Part shown: piece after piece, positions 22,199-34,800 of the stretch
Position numbering within the stretch: the first letter of the stretch is position 1
Layout of the letters: every line of letters starts with the position of its first letter
NCBI GenBank assembly: GCA_043228905.1
Contig: JBHGNT010000005.1
Location: 17,360,001 to 17,424,000 of the forward strand
Source: Azolla caroliniana
Taxonomy: Eukaryota > Plantae > Polypodiophyta
DNA length: 64,000 nt
Direction of reading: 5' to 3'
Notes under the pieces: generated by a model
Told to the model about the DNA's origin: nothing
The model's database searches: none
The model's input: only the letters and a program-made list of their open reading frames with translations
Position numbers and translations under genes: made by a program

Positions 22199-24796
22199 GG
22201 TTTGATAAAGAATGTCGTGAAGCTCGAAAGTGCCTTATGGTTTTGGATGTAGTTAAGGATAAAGAGAATTACCAAAAGCATTTGCATGAGTATAAAAGGC
22301 TTATTCAAAGAAAGAGAAGAATATGGGAAGTTACTCAACAATTTATCCAAACGCAAGAGAAAGCACGCATGTGCTAAATTTTGGGGAAATCTAAAGGGAA
22401 AACGTGTTGAGAGTTATGGTGACTTAACTCTTCACGACTTGTCTATGCATTGTAAGAATTTATATGAGTTATCTCTTGCCAGAAAGATGATGTGTTATGG
22501 TTCTCTTTCACATATGCCTCCCTTCTTTACAATTAAAGATATATGCATAGGACTTAAGAAATTGGCCTCTCGAAAGGCAAGCGATCTTCAATGTATAAAG
22601 GCTGAAATGCTCAAATGGACGGGAAAGGAAGCACATATATGGATAAGCGATATGTTTAACGATGCATTGCACCATGGTATGCCGTACGATTGGACTACAA
22701 ATTGGATCAAACCATTGGACTACAAATTGGATCAAACCTTTACATAAAGGTGGAGATATAAATAATGTAAACAACTATCGAACCATCATGGTTGGCTCAT
22801 TAATGGCAAAACTATTTGGACGTATAATGGAATCAAAGATAAGTGTATGGGCTGAAAAAAGTGGTAAGAGAGCTTATGGACAAGCTGGCTTTTGGAAACA
22901 CCATAGCACCATTGATCACCTTATCACCCTTCGAGTATTAATGGAGGAAAGTCACCTTAGAGGTAAAGATTTATTTTATTGCTTTGTAGACTTCAAGAAA
23001 GCTTTTGATATGGTACCTCGTGAGCATCTTTGGAGGCGAATGGAAGAACTTGAGGTGCCAAGTGAATATATGCTTGCAATTTCCCGAATTTATGAGAAGG
23101 TTATATTTTGTGTGCACATGAGAGATAAACTTTCAGATTTTTTCAAAAACACTATTGGTGTTAAGCAAGGATGCCCACTCTCACCAACACTATTTGGTCT
23201 ATGCATTGATGAATTGGAAGAAATGGTTACCAAGTTTGCAAAGGAAGAATGTGTTGAAGAAGTTGTCATTGGGAATGTTGTGATTATGCTTTTGCTATAT
23301 GTAGATGATGTAGTGCTTTTTGCAAATACTTTAGGAGATGCACAAAAGCTTATGAAGGCATTGGAAAAAAATTGCATGCATACTAAATTAAGTGTCAATA
23401 GCTCTAAAACAAAGATTATGCTTGTGAAGAGCCAAAAAAGAGATAAACCATGCATTATGTACAACAATGAGCCACTTGAATGTGTGGAAAGCTTCAAATA
23501 TCTTGGCCTTGAAGTTCCTTCAAATCATAGATGGAATGAATGTGCTACACGCCGCTTAGAGGCGGGCAAGCGAGCATACTATGCATTTGAGAACACATGC
23601 AATCTTGGAGATATTAAGTGTTGGGTCCTCAAGAAATATCTTTTCGACACATTAGTGACACCGGTTCTTCTCTATGGGGTGGAAGTATGGGGCGGTAGCA
23701 TCTCTAAATCTATGTGAAAAGAGTTTGAAAATGTCCAAAAGCATTTTCTTACCAAGTTCTACAAGTTAAGAAACAAACGCCCTACACCCTCCTCCTCCTT
23801 GAGACGGGATCGCTTCCCATTGAGATCATGGCCATGGAAAGGGTTGTTGAATACATGCTTAAGGTTCAAAAAATTCTCTCACATTGACTTCCTAAAATTG
23901 TGTGGGAAGTAAGCAAAAAGATCCAAAAGACGCATAAAAGAAAAAATTTGTGTTTTGGTTGGATGCAAGATATAGAAAAATGGTTTGGTAGATGGGATGC
24001 GAGACACTTGCTTCATGATGCATCATTAGATTCCTTTGTAAATGAGGCATTTTTGCAACGCCAATGTATCATGACATGGGACAAATGTGGAGGCTCATGC
24101 TTCACACATTATACTACACATGTTGCACCTAACTACAAAACCATATTCTTTGCGGAACGAGGAAACTGTACACATTGATACATGTTAGAGCCCATACCAT
24201 TATCTACCATTCAAACCATTGCTTCCATGAGACTTAGCTCACATGCATTGCGATGTGAAACAGGGCGTTGGGCACAAGTGATGAGAGTGATCGGCTATGC
24301 ACACTTTGCTCTCAACAAGTTCACAAGTCTGAGTATTGTCATGATATGGCAAGACTCGAACCCATGACCTTATGATATATGGGTCGAGCTCTTAATCATC
24401 ACACCATCTATTGTACACATATTCTTTGCGGAAAGGGGAAATCGTACACATCCATACATGTTAGAGCCCATACTGTTATCTTCCATTCGAACCATTGCGT
24501 CCATGCGACTTAGCTCACATGCATTGCGATGTGAAACAAGGCGTTGGGGTACAAGTGATGAGAGTGGTTGGCTATGCACACTTTGCCCTAAACAAGTTCG
24601 CGAGTCTGAGTATCACACTTTGATACAATGCTCTGCCTTTGATCATATTCGACCATGCTTTCCACATCTCTTCGATCGAGCCCAATCTTTGCATGAATTC
24701 CTCTCACAACCACAATGTGCACTCTCGATTGCAACATTCATTGGTAAAGTTCTTGAACATCGAGAGTCACTACTCACTTTCACACGTATCACGTGA
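22199..24796 (+). pseudogene. LINE ORF2 3' part: RT and C-terminal Cys/His motif
   Basis: NNYRTI, QAGF, FVDFKKAFD, GVKQGCPLSP, LYVDD and FKYLG motifs. Frameshifts, stops and an internal duplication. Confidence 0.9.
24337..24417 (-). other. tRNA-like (SINE-head-like) 81-bp insert between two 195-bp direct repeats
   Basis: Minus strand has an A-box-like TGGTGTGATGATTAAG and B box GGTTCGAGTC. Flanks 24142-24336 and 24418-24613 are diverged duplicates. Confidence 0.5.
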
Positions 24797-24852
24797 AATG
24801 TAATATTTTTGGTCTCATAGGTCATATTTGACCTCCGAAGACGATAATATAA

Positions 24853-24920
<68 letters not shown>

Positions 24921-25518
24921 GTTCCTACATTAACATATTTTGCGAACGATGAGATGGACAATACTTTTGGTAGGTGGAGAGTAGTAGTAACATATCGAGA
25001 GAGAGGTATGAGACAACATACATTGGTGCACAAAGAGTGAGAGAGAGAGAGATATATACCTTAAAGTAGCGAGCTGGAGATGTCGTGCAATTGATGAGCA
25101 GGGAGTAGGGATCGGCAAGCTTCGAGCAACGAACAAACGGAAATAAGATGAAAGGAGCAGTGACTATCAACAAACAACGAGCTCAAGAAGGGAGCAAGGA
25201 GCAATTGCAAGTGACCAGCCAGGAGCCAGGAACCAGGAGGAGTGAGAAGCAAGCAGAAGAAAATCAAATGACAAATCCTATCACACGCAAAGAGGGGGAA
25301 AGAGGGGAAAAAGAGAGGGAAACATTAAAACTTTTTATTTTATTTTATTTTTTTACAAAACTATATAAATAGCTGGTTCAAACAATATGAACCGGCTAGA
25401 TTCCGGTTCATACGAAAACATGGTTAGAATCAATTCCGGTTGTCCCCAATCTTGGTCGGCAAAAGTCCCAACCTAACCGGAACACTAACATTGTTCCTAG
25501 GACTTTGTCCAACATTGA

Positions 25519-25593
<75 letters not shown>

Positions 25594-25600
<7 letters not shown>

Positions 25601-26020
25601 ATATGAGTAGCAATGTTTGTAGAGCCCTTCGCACTCGATCTCACAAGTTAGGTATTGAAGTTGCATCATGGTATCAAAATGTAACGAATTTGAAGACATA
25701 TAAAGTATGCAATGAAGGCATGGTAGAGGATGAATGTCACTTGCTCTTCACATGCTCGACATATAGTGCAATTCGTTCAAGATATGTTGACATACTAAGT
25801 GGGAGTGATAACTTAAGATCCATATTGAAGACACCACCTAGAAGGTTGAGCTCATATGTGTATGCTTTATTAACACATAGAGACTTTGTGCTTCAACATA
25901 TGAATACCCCTTCTTAGGAAGGAGACATATATCAAGAACACATGTATACTCTGGTCCCATAGGTCAAAATTGGCCTCTTTATGGACGATAAAAATTCTAA
26001 TTCTCTCTCTCTCTCTCTCT
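25594..26020 (+). mobile_element. 5'-truncated LINE 3' end between (TC)n runs
   Basis: LRTRSHKLGIE...VEDECHLLFTC motif. 3' terminus AGGTCAAAATTGGCCT...GACGATAA...(TC)n resembles 24810-24917. Confidence 0.75.
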
Positions 26021-26387
26021 TACATAGTGGTTTTGGTTATTATTTATCCCCACTAATTTTATAGTCGACTAGTGTAGATCCCATCTAAGCTCTAATGTGT
26101 GGAGAGGACATGAAAGCATAGGTGCGCAAGGAAACTTGACAAGGCACATAGCTCATTAGCCTAAGGATCTGGTAGTAACATCCCGTCCTTATGCTATTAT
26201 AGCATCCTTGTAGGTGTACAACATCTGAAATATAAATAGAAAGAAAGAATGATATATTAACATCTTCTAAGAACAAAATTGACCCATGAGACAATTGATT
26301 ACAATAATGGGATGTGTACCATTCATCCAAAATAACAATAAAATAAACATAAATAAAAGAGTTGTAGTGATATATATGGTAACTCTT

Positions 26388-26455
26388 TGTAAAGAGATGG
26401 AGTTGGTGGTGTAATGTAGCGGAAGATAATTGAGTGAGTGTGTGTGTGTGTACAA

Positions 26456-26500
<45 letters not shown>

Positions 26501-29500
26501 CTTAGCAAGAAAACTGTTATATTACTTCCAACAGTAACAAAGTTACAAAGGGTTGGTTTAAATACCAATTCAACTAGGGTAAGGGCCCTTTCTACTATTT
26601 ACAAAACTAGCATGGTATGTCCATGAGCTAGTGTGAAACTTATTTCTATGGGAAGTTGAGTTTGATTCTCAACACGCCCCCTCTAACAAAACTTCCGGAT
26701 ATCAAAGAATTGTTTCAGATCGGTCTTCAGAACGCTTTGAACTTTGATTGTTCGGCTTTTCGGTTGTGTACAACTGGCATGTGCTTCAATCAATCGATCG
26801 GTTCACTGTTCTGTTCTATACTCCCCCTCACTGCCGCAACTTGTCGATACCCAGGGCTTTTGTGAAAATGTCAAGTACCTGTAGATTCGTGCTGATGTGG
26901 TGTAAGTCTATATATTCGGCCTGCACGCATTCACAGATGAAGTGGTAGTGCACTTCGACATGCTTAGTCCACGCGTAGAATATGAGGTTCCGCGCTAGGT
27001 AGATATTGCTCATGTTGTCGCAGTATAGTCGAATCGGATCCTTGATGGGTACGCCCAGATCCTTGTGTATATGTTTGAGCCATATAGCTTCGCATGCGGC
27101 GACCGCCGCGCCCCTGTATTCGGCCTCTGTGCTCAACAATGCGACTGTCGGTTGTTTCTTGCTACTCCATGAGATTGCTCCGCTGCCGAGGGAGAAAACG
27201 AATTCTGATGTTGACCGTGTATCCTCTTTATAACCTGCCCAGTCCGCGTATGTGTACCCTTCGAGTGTAATTATCGTATTTGACCTGTATTTGACGTCAT
27301 AATCCATTGTACCATCGACGTACCGAAGTACCCTCTTAGCGTAGTCAAGATGAAGGTTTCACGGATTCTGCATGAATTGGCTGAGTAGGCCGATCAAATA
27401 GCTAAGGTCAGGTCGCGTAATGGTTAGGTAGATCAGGTTGCGATCAATTGGCGATACTGAGTTGGTCAAGCAAGGTGGACACAGGTTTGCACTCCGTCAT
27501 CCCGAACTTGTAGAGTAAGTTGAGGACGTAGTGTCGTTGTGAGATTGTTATCCTGACTAGTTTCTGAATTACTTCGATGCCTAAGAAGTAATGTATCTCC
27601 AATGACCAGATCATCCATGTATAGGATGATGACAATTAGGCTTCTAGAGTCATGTCATACGTAGAGGGAGTTGTCAAATTTTGACATTCGAAAGCCGATT
27701 TGATGAAGATCTTGCGTAATCTTCGAAAGCCAAGCACGTGGTGCTTGCTTGAGGCCGTAGAGTGGCTTCTTGAGTCGGCACACGGCTTTCAGATGAGTAT
27801 GTGATTCGAAGCCGGGTGGTTGTACCATGTACACCTCTTCTAATTCACCTTGAAGAAAGGCGTTCTTGACGTCCATTTGGTGGAGGTGCCACCTTTTTGC
27901 CGTTGCCAGGGCAATTACGGTCCGTACAGTTGTCATCTTTGCCACCGGGGCAAAGGTCTCTTCATAGTCAACGACGTGCATTTGCGCATATCCTTTTGCA
28001 ACGAGCCATGCTTTAAAGTGATTTACAGAGCCATCGACATTGTGCTTCACTTTGTAAATCCACCTGCAGCCAATTGCTTTCTTGCTCAAAGGGCGAGGAA
28101 CGAGATCCCAGGTCTCGTTTTTGCATAACGCTTCCATTTCCTCATTCATCGCATCGACCCATCGCGGATCCTTTACGGCTTCGGAAAGCATCTCCGGCTT
28201 CTATGTCTATTTCGGCGTCATCCGCATTGAGCGGAGTTGGAATCGAAGTATTCTCTAGTGCGTACCAGGATGCGTATTCGTCGAAGACTACATCTCGACT
28301 TGTTCGAACTTTTCGAGTAGATGGGTTGTAGCATTTGTACCCCTTCTGTTTGAGTGAGTATCCTATGAGGATACATTTCTTTGACTTTGGGTTGAGTTCT
28401 TGTCACGTATCGTCGGGAATATGCACGTAAGCGATTGCACCAAAAATGCAGACATGTGATAAGTCCGGCTTCTTTCCACCAAAGAACTTCTCATGAGGAG
28501 TTACGTCGTGTACTCCCGAGGTTGTGCACCTATTCATAAGGTATACATCCGTGTTCGCCGCTTCTGCCCAGTATGATTTCGGCAGGTTCTTCTCATTCAT
28601 CATAGCCCGTGTGCCTTCTACTATGTGTTGGTTCTTCTGCTCAGTTACGTCGTTTTGCTGGGGTGTGTAATGGCATGAAAATTCTCCTCGGATTCCTTCC
28701 TTTTGGAGATACGTCGTAAACTCATCCGAAAAATATTATTTGCCTCCATCTGATCGAAGGCAGCGTACGTGCCGACCCGTAGTTTTTTCGGCTTCAGCCT
28801 TGAACCTCTGGAAGTGTCCGAAAACTTCGTTCTTCTGTCTCATCGTATAGATCCAGGTGTGCCTGGAGAAGTCGTCGATGAACGTGACGTAATAGCGGCA
28901 TCTGCCGAGTGAGCTTGTCTGGGCCGGTCCCCATACATCTGAATGTACGACATCCAAGATCCCTTTGCTCACATTCCGTTCTTTCGGGAATGGATGTCGG
29001 CGTTGATTTCTGAACTGGCACGCTTCGCATACGCCCATAATCTCCTGCGCAGTAAAGTTCGGGAGTCCAATTACGACTCCTTTCGATTGCATCTTCTGAA
29101 GTTTTTGGAGATTGATGTGGCCGATTCTTTTGTGCCACAAATTTAAGTCTGTTTCGACTTTGAGGCCCTTTTTGAACATAGTTGTCTTTACCTCGTTCGA
29201 TTTGAGGATAAACATACGACCTTCTCGTCGATCGTGAGCTATGACTTGACTGCCCCTTTCGATGAAGCACCCGTCATTGTTGAATCGTACTTGCATTCCT
29301 TGTTCAACAATCTAGCTGACTGAGACCAGGTTTTTCGTGATGGTGGGGACATGTAGTACATTCTTGAGGTAGGTTTGTTTTCCGTCGTTTCCGAATGGGA
29401 CATTCCCGATATGTTGTATTGGATGAGTCGTGTCATTGCCTATCTCGACATATCCAGGACATTCGGGTTTTCGTAATTCCCAAAACCAATCTTCATGAGA

Positions 29501-30519
29501 CGTTATGTGGTTGAATTCTCCCGAGTCAACAAAACATACATTCTTTGAGGGTGTAGTGCTTGTTTCACCTTGGGTCACCATTGAGTGCACTTTGTGCCTC
29601 ATCCTGAACAATCCGCTACAAACATCGTAGTCGGAATTCAATGCGTAATTCGTGAGCATTCCGCTCCAATTGTCGTAGTCAGAATTCGATGTGTAGTGCG
29701 TGAATTGTCGGCTATTTCCACGGCCGAAATTTCTTCTGTCATCCAACTAGGAGTAGAGCATCTGACCCTTTGGTGCGTTGTTCCTCTGTTGGGCGTGATT
29801 TTCCTCAACTAGCAATATTGACTAGAGATCGTGGGAGGATTCTCTCTTGCAAGGATTGTGGATCTTATTGTGCTGAACCGAGGTGCCAAGACTCCAAGGC
29901 ATATCTGCACCATTTCTTCGTTGTCAATGCCAACATTGATCGACCCGAGGGCATTGCACAACTCCTTGATCCTCAAGGCGTAGCTGCCGATTGACATGTC
30001 CCTTTGTTGAATGTAATTCAACTCCTGACGAAGCTGGAGCTTGCAGGCAGCCGTATTGGCCACGAAGATCTTCTTGAGATTGCCCCATTCTTCTTTCGGC
30101 GTTTTTGCCTCTCGAATATAGCCAAGCATGTGATCATGTACGCATGATGCAAGGCAATACAACACATGGCTTGTAGCCTACTCCCACGCTGGGTAGTCAG
30201 CATGTGTCAGGTTGGGTTGTGTTTCGTGAGCTCCTTCAATATAGCTCAAGTATCCTTGTCCGATAAGGTATTGATGCATCTTGTACTCCCAAGATGCTAA
30301 ATTTGTCCTATCGAGCTTCTCCGTAGGAAGAGCGCTTCCCATCTGAGTATTCATGCTGATTTCTTCTCTGTTAATAAGCCGGTTTTGTTGATCATCGGCG
30401 TGTACCACAACACAGTCGAATAGATTCGATTAAGCAACCACACGCTCTGATACCATATAAAGAGATGGAGCTGGTGGTGTAATGTAGCGGAAGATAATTG
30501 AGAGTGTGTGTGTGTGTAC

Positions 30520-30585
<66 letters not shown>

Positions 30586-30760
30586 CCTCTTAACAAGAAA
30601 ACTGTATATTACTTCCAACAGTAACAAAGTTACAAAGGGTTGGTTTAAATACCAACTAAACTAGGGAAGGGCCCTTTCTACTATTTACAAAACTAACATG
30701 GTATGTCCATGAGCTAGTGTGAAACCTATTTCTATGGGAAGTTGAGTTCAATGCTCAACA
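26388..30760 (-). mobile_element. Ty1/copia LTR retrotransposon, full-length but degenerate
   Basis: LTRs 26388-26674 and 30456-30760, TSD CTCTT, Met-i PBS TGGTATCAGAGC (30455-30444), PPT AGAGGGGGCG (26684-26675). Confidence 0.92.
26828..30351 (-). pseudogene. copia gag-pol (gag, PR, GAG-pre-integrase, IN, RT, RH), multiply disrupted
   Basis: WHKRIGH, VHSDVWGP, LRSDGG, QMDVKNAFL, YADWAG and STEAEY motifs in copia order. Confidence 0.9.
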
Positions 30761-30949
30761 CTCTTAAATAAATAAATGTGTGTGTGTGTGTGGTGGTCAA
30801 AATACACACTCGCCAATCTAGTAGGTCAAGGAAATCATTGTATTCTTTCGTACCATATGAAAGTGTCCAAACCTTGATGCACTTGATGGGTAGCAATGTT
30901 GAACCTTAAGGAATTTTGGATCAAAATCTTGGAATCCAATTGGATTATG

Positions 30950-31399
30950 TGTTGAGAATCAAGCTCAACATAGTGCAACGTGTGGACACACCTTTTGAGA
31001 ATCTATGATTACTCAAAGGTCAAGAGTCACACCACTACTCTCTACACATTAACTATGTGTCATAGAATCATATTCTATGACACATAACTAATGAGTTACA
31101 TATTCCCCATGACTATGAGTCTTCACATTCCCCAAGAGAGAGTAGTTGTTGTAGCTAGTTAATGAAGAGAGAGGATGACTATATATAAAGCACCCTCTCA
31201 TACTTCATACTAAGTTGGTTGGGACTCCTTGTAATTGTACACTTTGTATTTGCTATTCTACTTGTGAATATACACATTCTTCTTGAGTATTCCTTTTTCT
31301 CTTTATCTTGTGTTCTCTCTTCTCTCCTCTAATTCCTCTCACACATACACATAAAACACATCTCTTCCACTACACAAGAATCATAACCGATTCTTTACA
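30950..31399 (+). mobile_element. solo LTR (450 bp), copia-type termini
   Basis: TGTTGAGAATCAAGCTCAAC...TCTTTACA, TSD TTATG, TATATATAA box. Confidence 0.8.
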
Positions 31400-31763
31400 T
31401 TATGTATATTTGTAATTTTTTATTTTAAGGTTATATTAGAAAGCATTCCATGAAAATGGACTCAAATTACTTTGCATAATTAATGGTTCTACCGAAATGA
31501 ACTAAGGCTATGCATATGAAAATACTTTAAAAAATCCATAGTTGAATATTGGATAAAAAAAAGGTTTGCCCAAACTAGCCCAAGAATATTTTGTAGTGTG
31601 CACTATCAGTGAGGCAAAGATCGCTTTGGGTCTAGGAACACTATAAGTGTGAGCTCAAGATCTACTACTCTGATCACAAGTTTAAGGATACACAATTTAA
31701 CCATGTGCATAGAATTATTTTGTTTGAGACATAAGATCATTTGAGATGAAACTCATGGTAGTG

Positions 31764-31800
<37 letters not shown>

Positions 31801-34800
31801 GTATACATACATACAGATACATACAGATACATACGTACATACTTACTTACGCTCGTGTTTATCCGCTACAAAATCATAAGTAGGGTTGGTGAGGGAATCA
31901 CGGTCATAGATGGTGTAGGTCGCTCAATTAATGGCGCTTACGATCTGCACTGTCTGTTATTCCTTGGGCAGGACTAGCCCTAACACAGGGTGTCCCTCTA
32001 GGACACTTCACCAAAGGGTGGTGCAAGTGGGGTAGGCGTAGATCGTGATACAAACGTATTCCTAACTGGCTATTAGCCGGCGTGGTTAATGATCTCAATA
32101 CACGCGTAAGATAGATTCTATTAAGCACAAAACAGTAATTAACTAAAGCTTCAAAGATTAAACAAGATATAGAACAATAGTACTCTCGTTAATAAACCAC
32201 TAATTGATTACAATCTAATTGGGTCCTTTTATAGGTCACCGGCTCTGGGTACGAACTGGTGCCAACCGGCAACCGGCAACCGGCTACGAACCGGTCCGGA
32301 TCCGGATCGGCATACCAAATCCGTGTTCGGCCGTTCGCTTCTCAAAATATAATAATTATAGATAGTTCTAAAATAAATATCCCTTTCCCATTCTAGACTT
32401 TATCCGGCTTGTAAGTCTTTGCCGGTCAACACATGGCACGCCCGTGGGACAATACCTTGTATGTCGAATCCCACGGTTCTCTCTTCAATCTTCCTCCAAA
32501 ATGTCCAGAATGCTCTGGTCCAAGGGTTCTAAAGGCTCATCAGGGAGTTGCTCTGTCGTCGGCTGCCGCTCCTACTCCTGCTCCTGCTACTCCGGCTCCT
32601 CTGGTCTCTCTAGTTCTACTGCTCTCGAGGCTTCCACTGGTCTCGAGGCTTCAGGTTCTAGTTCTGTTGGTTTGGGCTCCTCCTGCTGATGGTTACCGAT
32701 GTGCAGGTTTTCCTCCTTCGGTTGCTCCTTTGGAATTTCGTTTGGCTGGTTTCCCCTGGTTCCGGCCTCATTCGGCCCCTGCTCCGAAGACTGCTCTTCG
32801 TCACTGATATTGATCGCCGCAGTTCTTCTAGCTACCTCTTGCCATCGTCGTTCTCGTTCATACCATTCAAACTAGAGTTGTGTATCCAGTTGGTCGTCAT
32901 CCAACTGTTCCACCAATTGCCTCCCCGTTGCCAATTGGTCCCCGGCTAACGATAGGAAGTCATCCGACAATTCCTCCCTTATGGCTACAATGTTCTCTTC
33001 ATCTAGTTTATAGAAATCGTCGTCGTCCTTCCTCCGGTTTTCCGCATCCACTCTTAGCAATTGTAACTCCACTACTTGGTTAGCCCATTTAGACCACCAT
33101 TGAGCCGAACTTTCTTCCACAAGTCTCTTCATCCGGTCTCCATGACAGCACCAGATCACGGATTCGCCCCAGTCCCATCTTCGACTTATTCTCCGCGGCC
33201 TGTTTTTCGTCTTTCAATTGTTTGATAAGGCTCGTGATTGCCACTTCTTGGCTTTTGTAATGCATGAGATGTGTCTGATAAGTAGTCTGCACTTTGTTCA
33301 GAGCCATTGTAGCGCGTTCCATTGCCTCAGAGTGTTGTCGGGTCAACTCCATCTGTTCTTTCGCCGCTTCCGCTAGTCTTTTCGTTGCTTCAGTCCCCTT
33401 CGACTGTTCCTTCAGTCGGTCATATGTTTGATGACCTTTTCACAGGCTTTCTTTGGCTCACCGGAGGCTTTCGGCTAATTTCTTTTGTTCTTCCTCCGCC
33501 ACCTTCTTCCCTTCACGTTCTCTAGCCCTTAAGGCCTCTTGGGCTTCCAATTCTTCTTTCAGCATGGCGAGTTCTTGTTCCTGTGCCTTATTCGTATCCG
33601 GGATTGTTTCAGTCAGCGGGGTCTTGTTATTCTGAACACTCACCGGTGCCACCGGTTCTAATTGTTTTGGTCCTTCGATGACCAGCTTCGCCACCTCTTC
33701 TCTTGTTCCATGCTCCGGATTCTCGACCGGGCCTTCTCTAGTTCTTCGGTTGTGGCGAGCAACCGGTCCATGTGTGCTATTTCTTCTGCTTCTATGTGGC
33801 ACACCACCCCGACCACTTGTTCTCCTATCCACCATAGCCATTGGCTATCGGTGCTTTGTTGTCGTGCTAGTTTTGGTCGTGGTGTGGCTTCCTCACTCGC
33901 CGGGAACCTATTCTGGGTGGTTAGCGGCAGTTCCTGTTCTTGTTGTTGTTGCTGCGTCGGCGACACCGGCAATTCAATCACCGGTTGTTGAATATCCGGT
34001 TCCGCTATTTCTTACCGCACAGGTGCTTCTAAGACCAGAGTTGGTTGAACCGGTTCTGGCTCCTTCCTGGGTTGCGGCTCCTCGGGGCGGGGATTTGGTA
34101 TATTGTCCCTTATCGGACTTGATTCCTCCCTTTTGTGGCCCTCGTCGCGTGTGTGTTTGCGACGTAATAGGGGCTCAACAGGTTCTTCTTCTTGCTCTTC
34201 TGCTAGGGTTCTGCTATTAATTAATGTTGCCAAGGGGTCTTGCTCCTGTTGTTGTGTCGATTGTTGTTCGGGCAGGCGCAACTTAATTTTTAAGGGTCTC
34301 ACCAGTGTTTCCACCGGTGTCTCCTTCTCTGTCGTACGCTTCCGACTAGGTTGCTCCTTCACCTTCTGTGAGGAGATGGCCGCTTTCCATCTGATCGCTT
34401 GTTTAGCCAGGAGTTGCTACCTTTTTGAAGATTGGTTGGGGGTTGATTCAGTCGGTCTCCCCCACTTCTTCAGCTGTATCGGCTCTACTAGCGGCGCTAA
34501 AAGAGTGAGCCATTGCGCCACCGCCGTCCACATCTTCTTGCCATCCTTTACTGAGTCTATGGCCGCGCTCAGATTGTCAGCGATGATCACTGACCAATCC
34601 ACTTGTACTCCCTCATAAGTCACTATAATAAGAGCGAATCTATTCTTTGGCATAGCCGGGGGTCGAAGGTGTACATACCCATACTCATGAAACACACGAG
34701 CGATTTCTCAGAATAGAGCGTCCTCGCCGCCTTGCGTGCAGTACGCCTTGCTGGCTAGGGAGTACTCACCGAAGAACTTCGTGAGCATCTCCGGTGAAGG

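Larger units (their letters stand above)
3329..24917 (+). mobile_element. LINE (RTE-X-like), interrupted at 5570/22199 by nested elements; 5' boundary approximate
   Basis: ORF1, APE endonuclease, RT and a C-terminal RLSSHxLxxETxR...CxxC...EYH...C motif. (TC)n at both ends. The reading WFDKECREA resumes at 22199. Confidence 0.8.

Noticed and set aside
24337-24417. functional tRNA gene
   Set aside because: No convincing acceptor stem, and the A box is degenerate.
24920-25520. possible LTR fragment
   Set aside because: TATA-like and CA-ending features are present, but I found no partner LTR, clear start or TSD.
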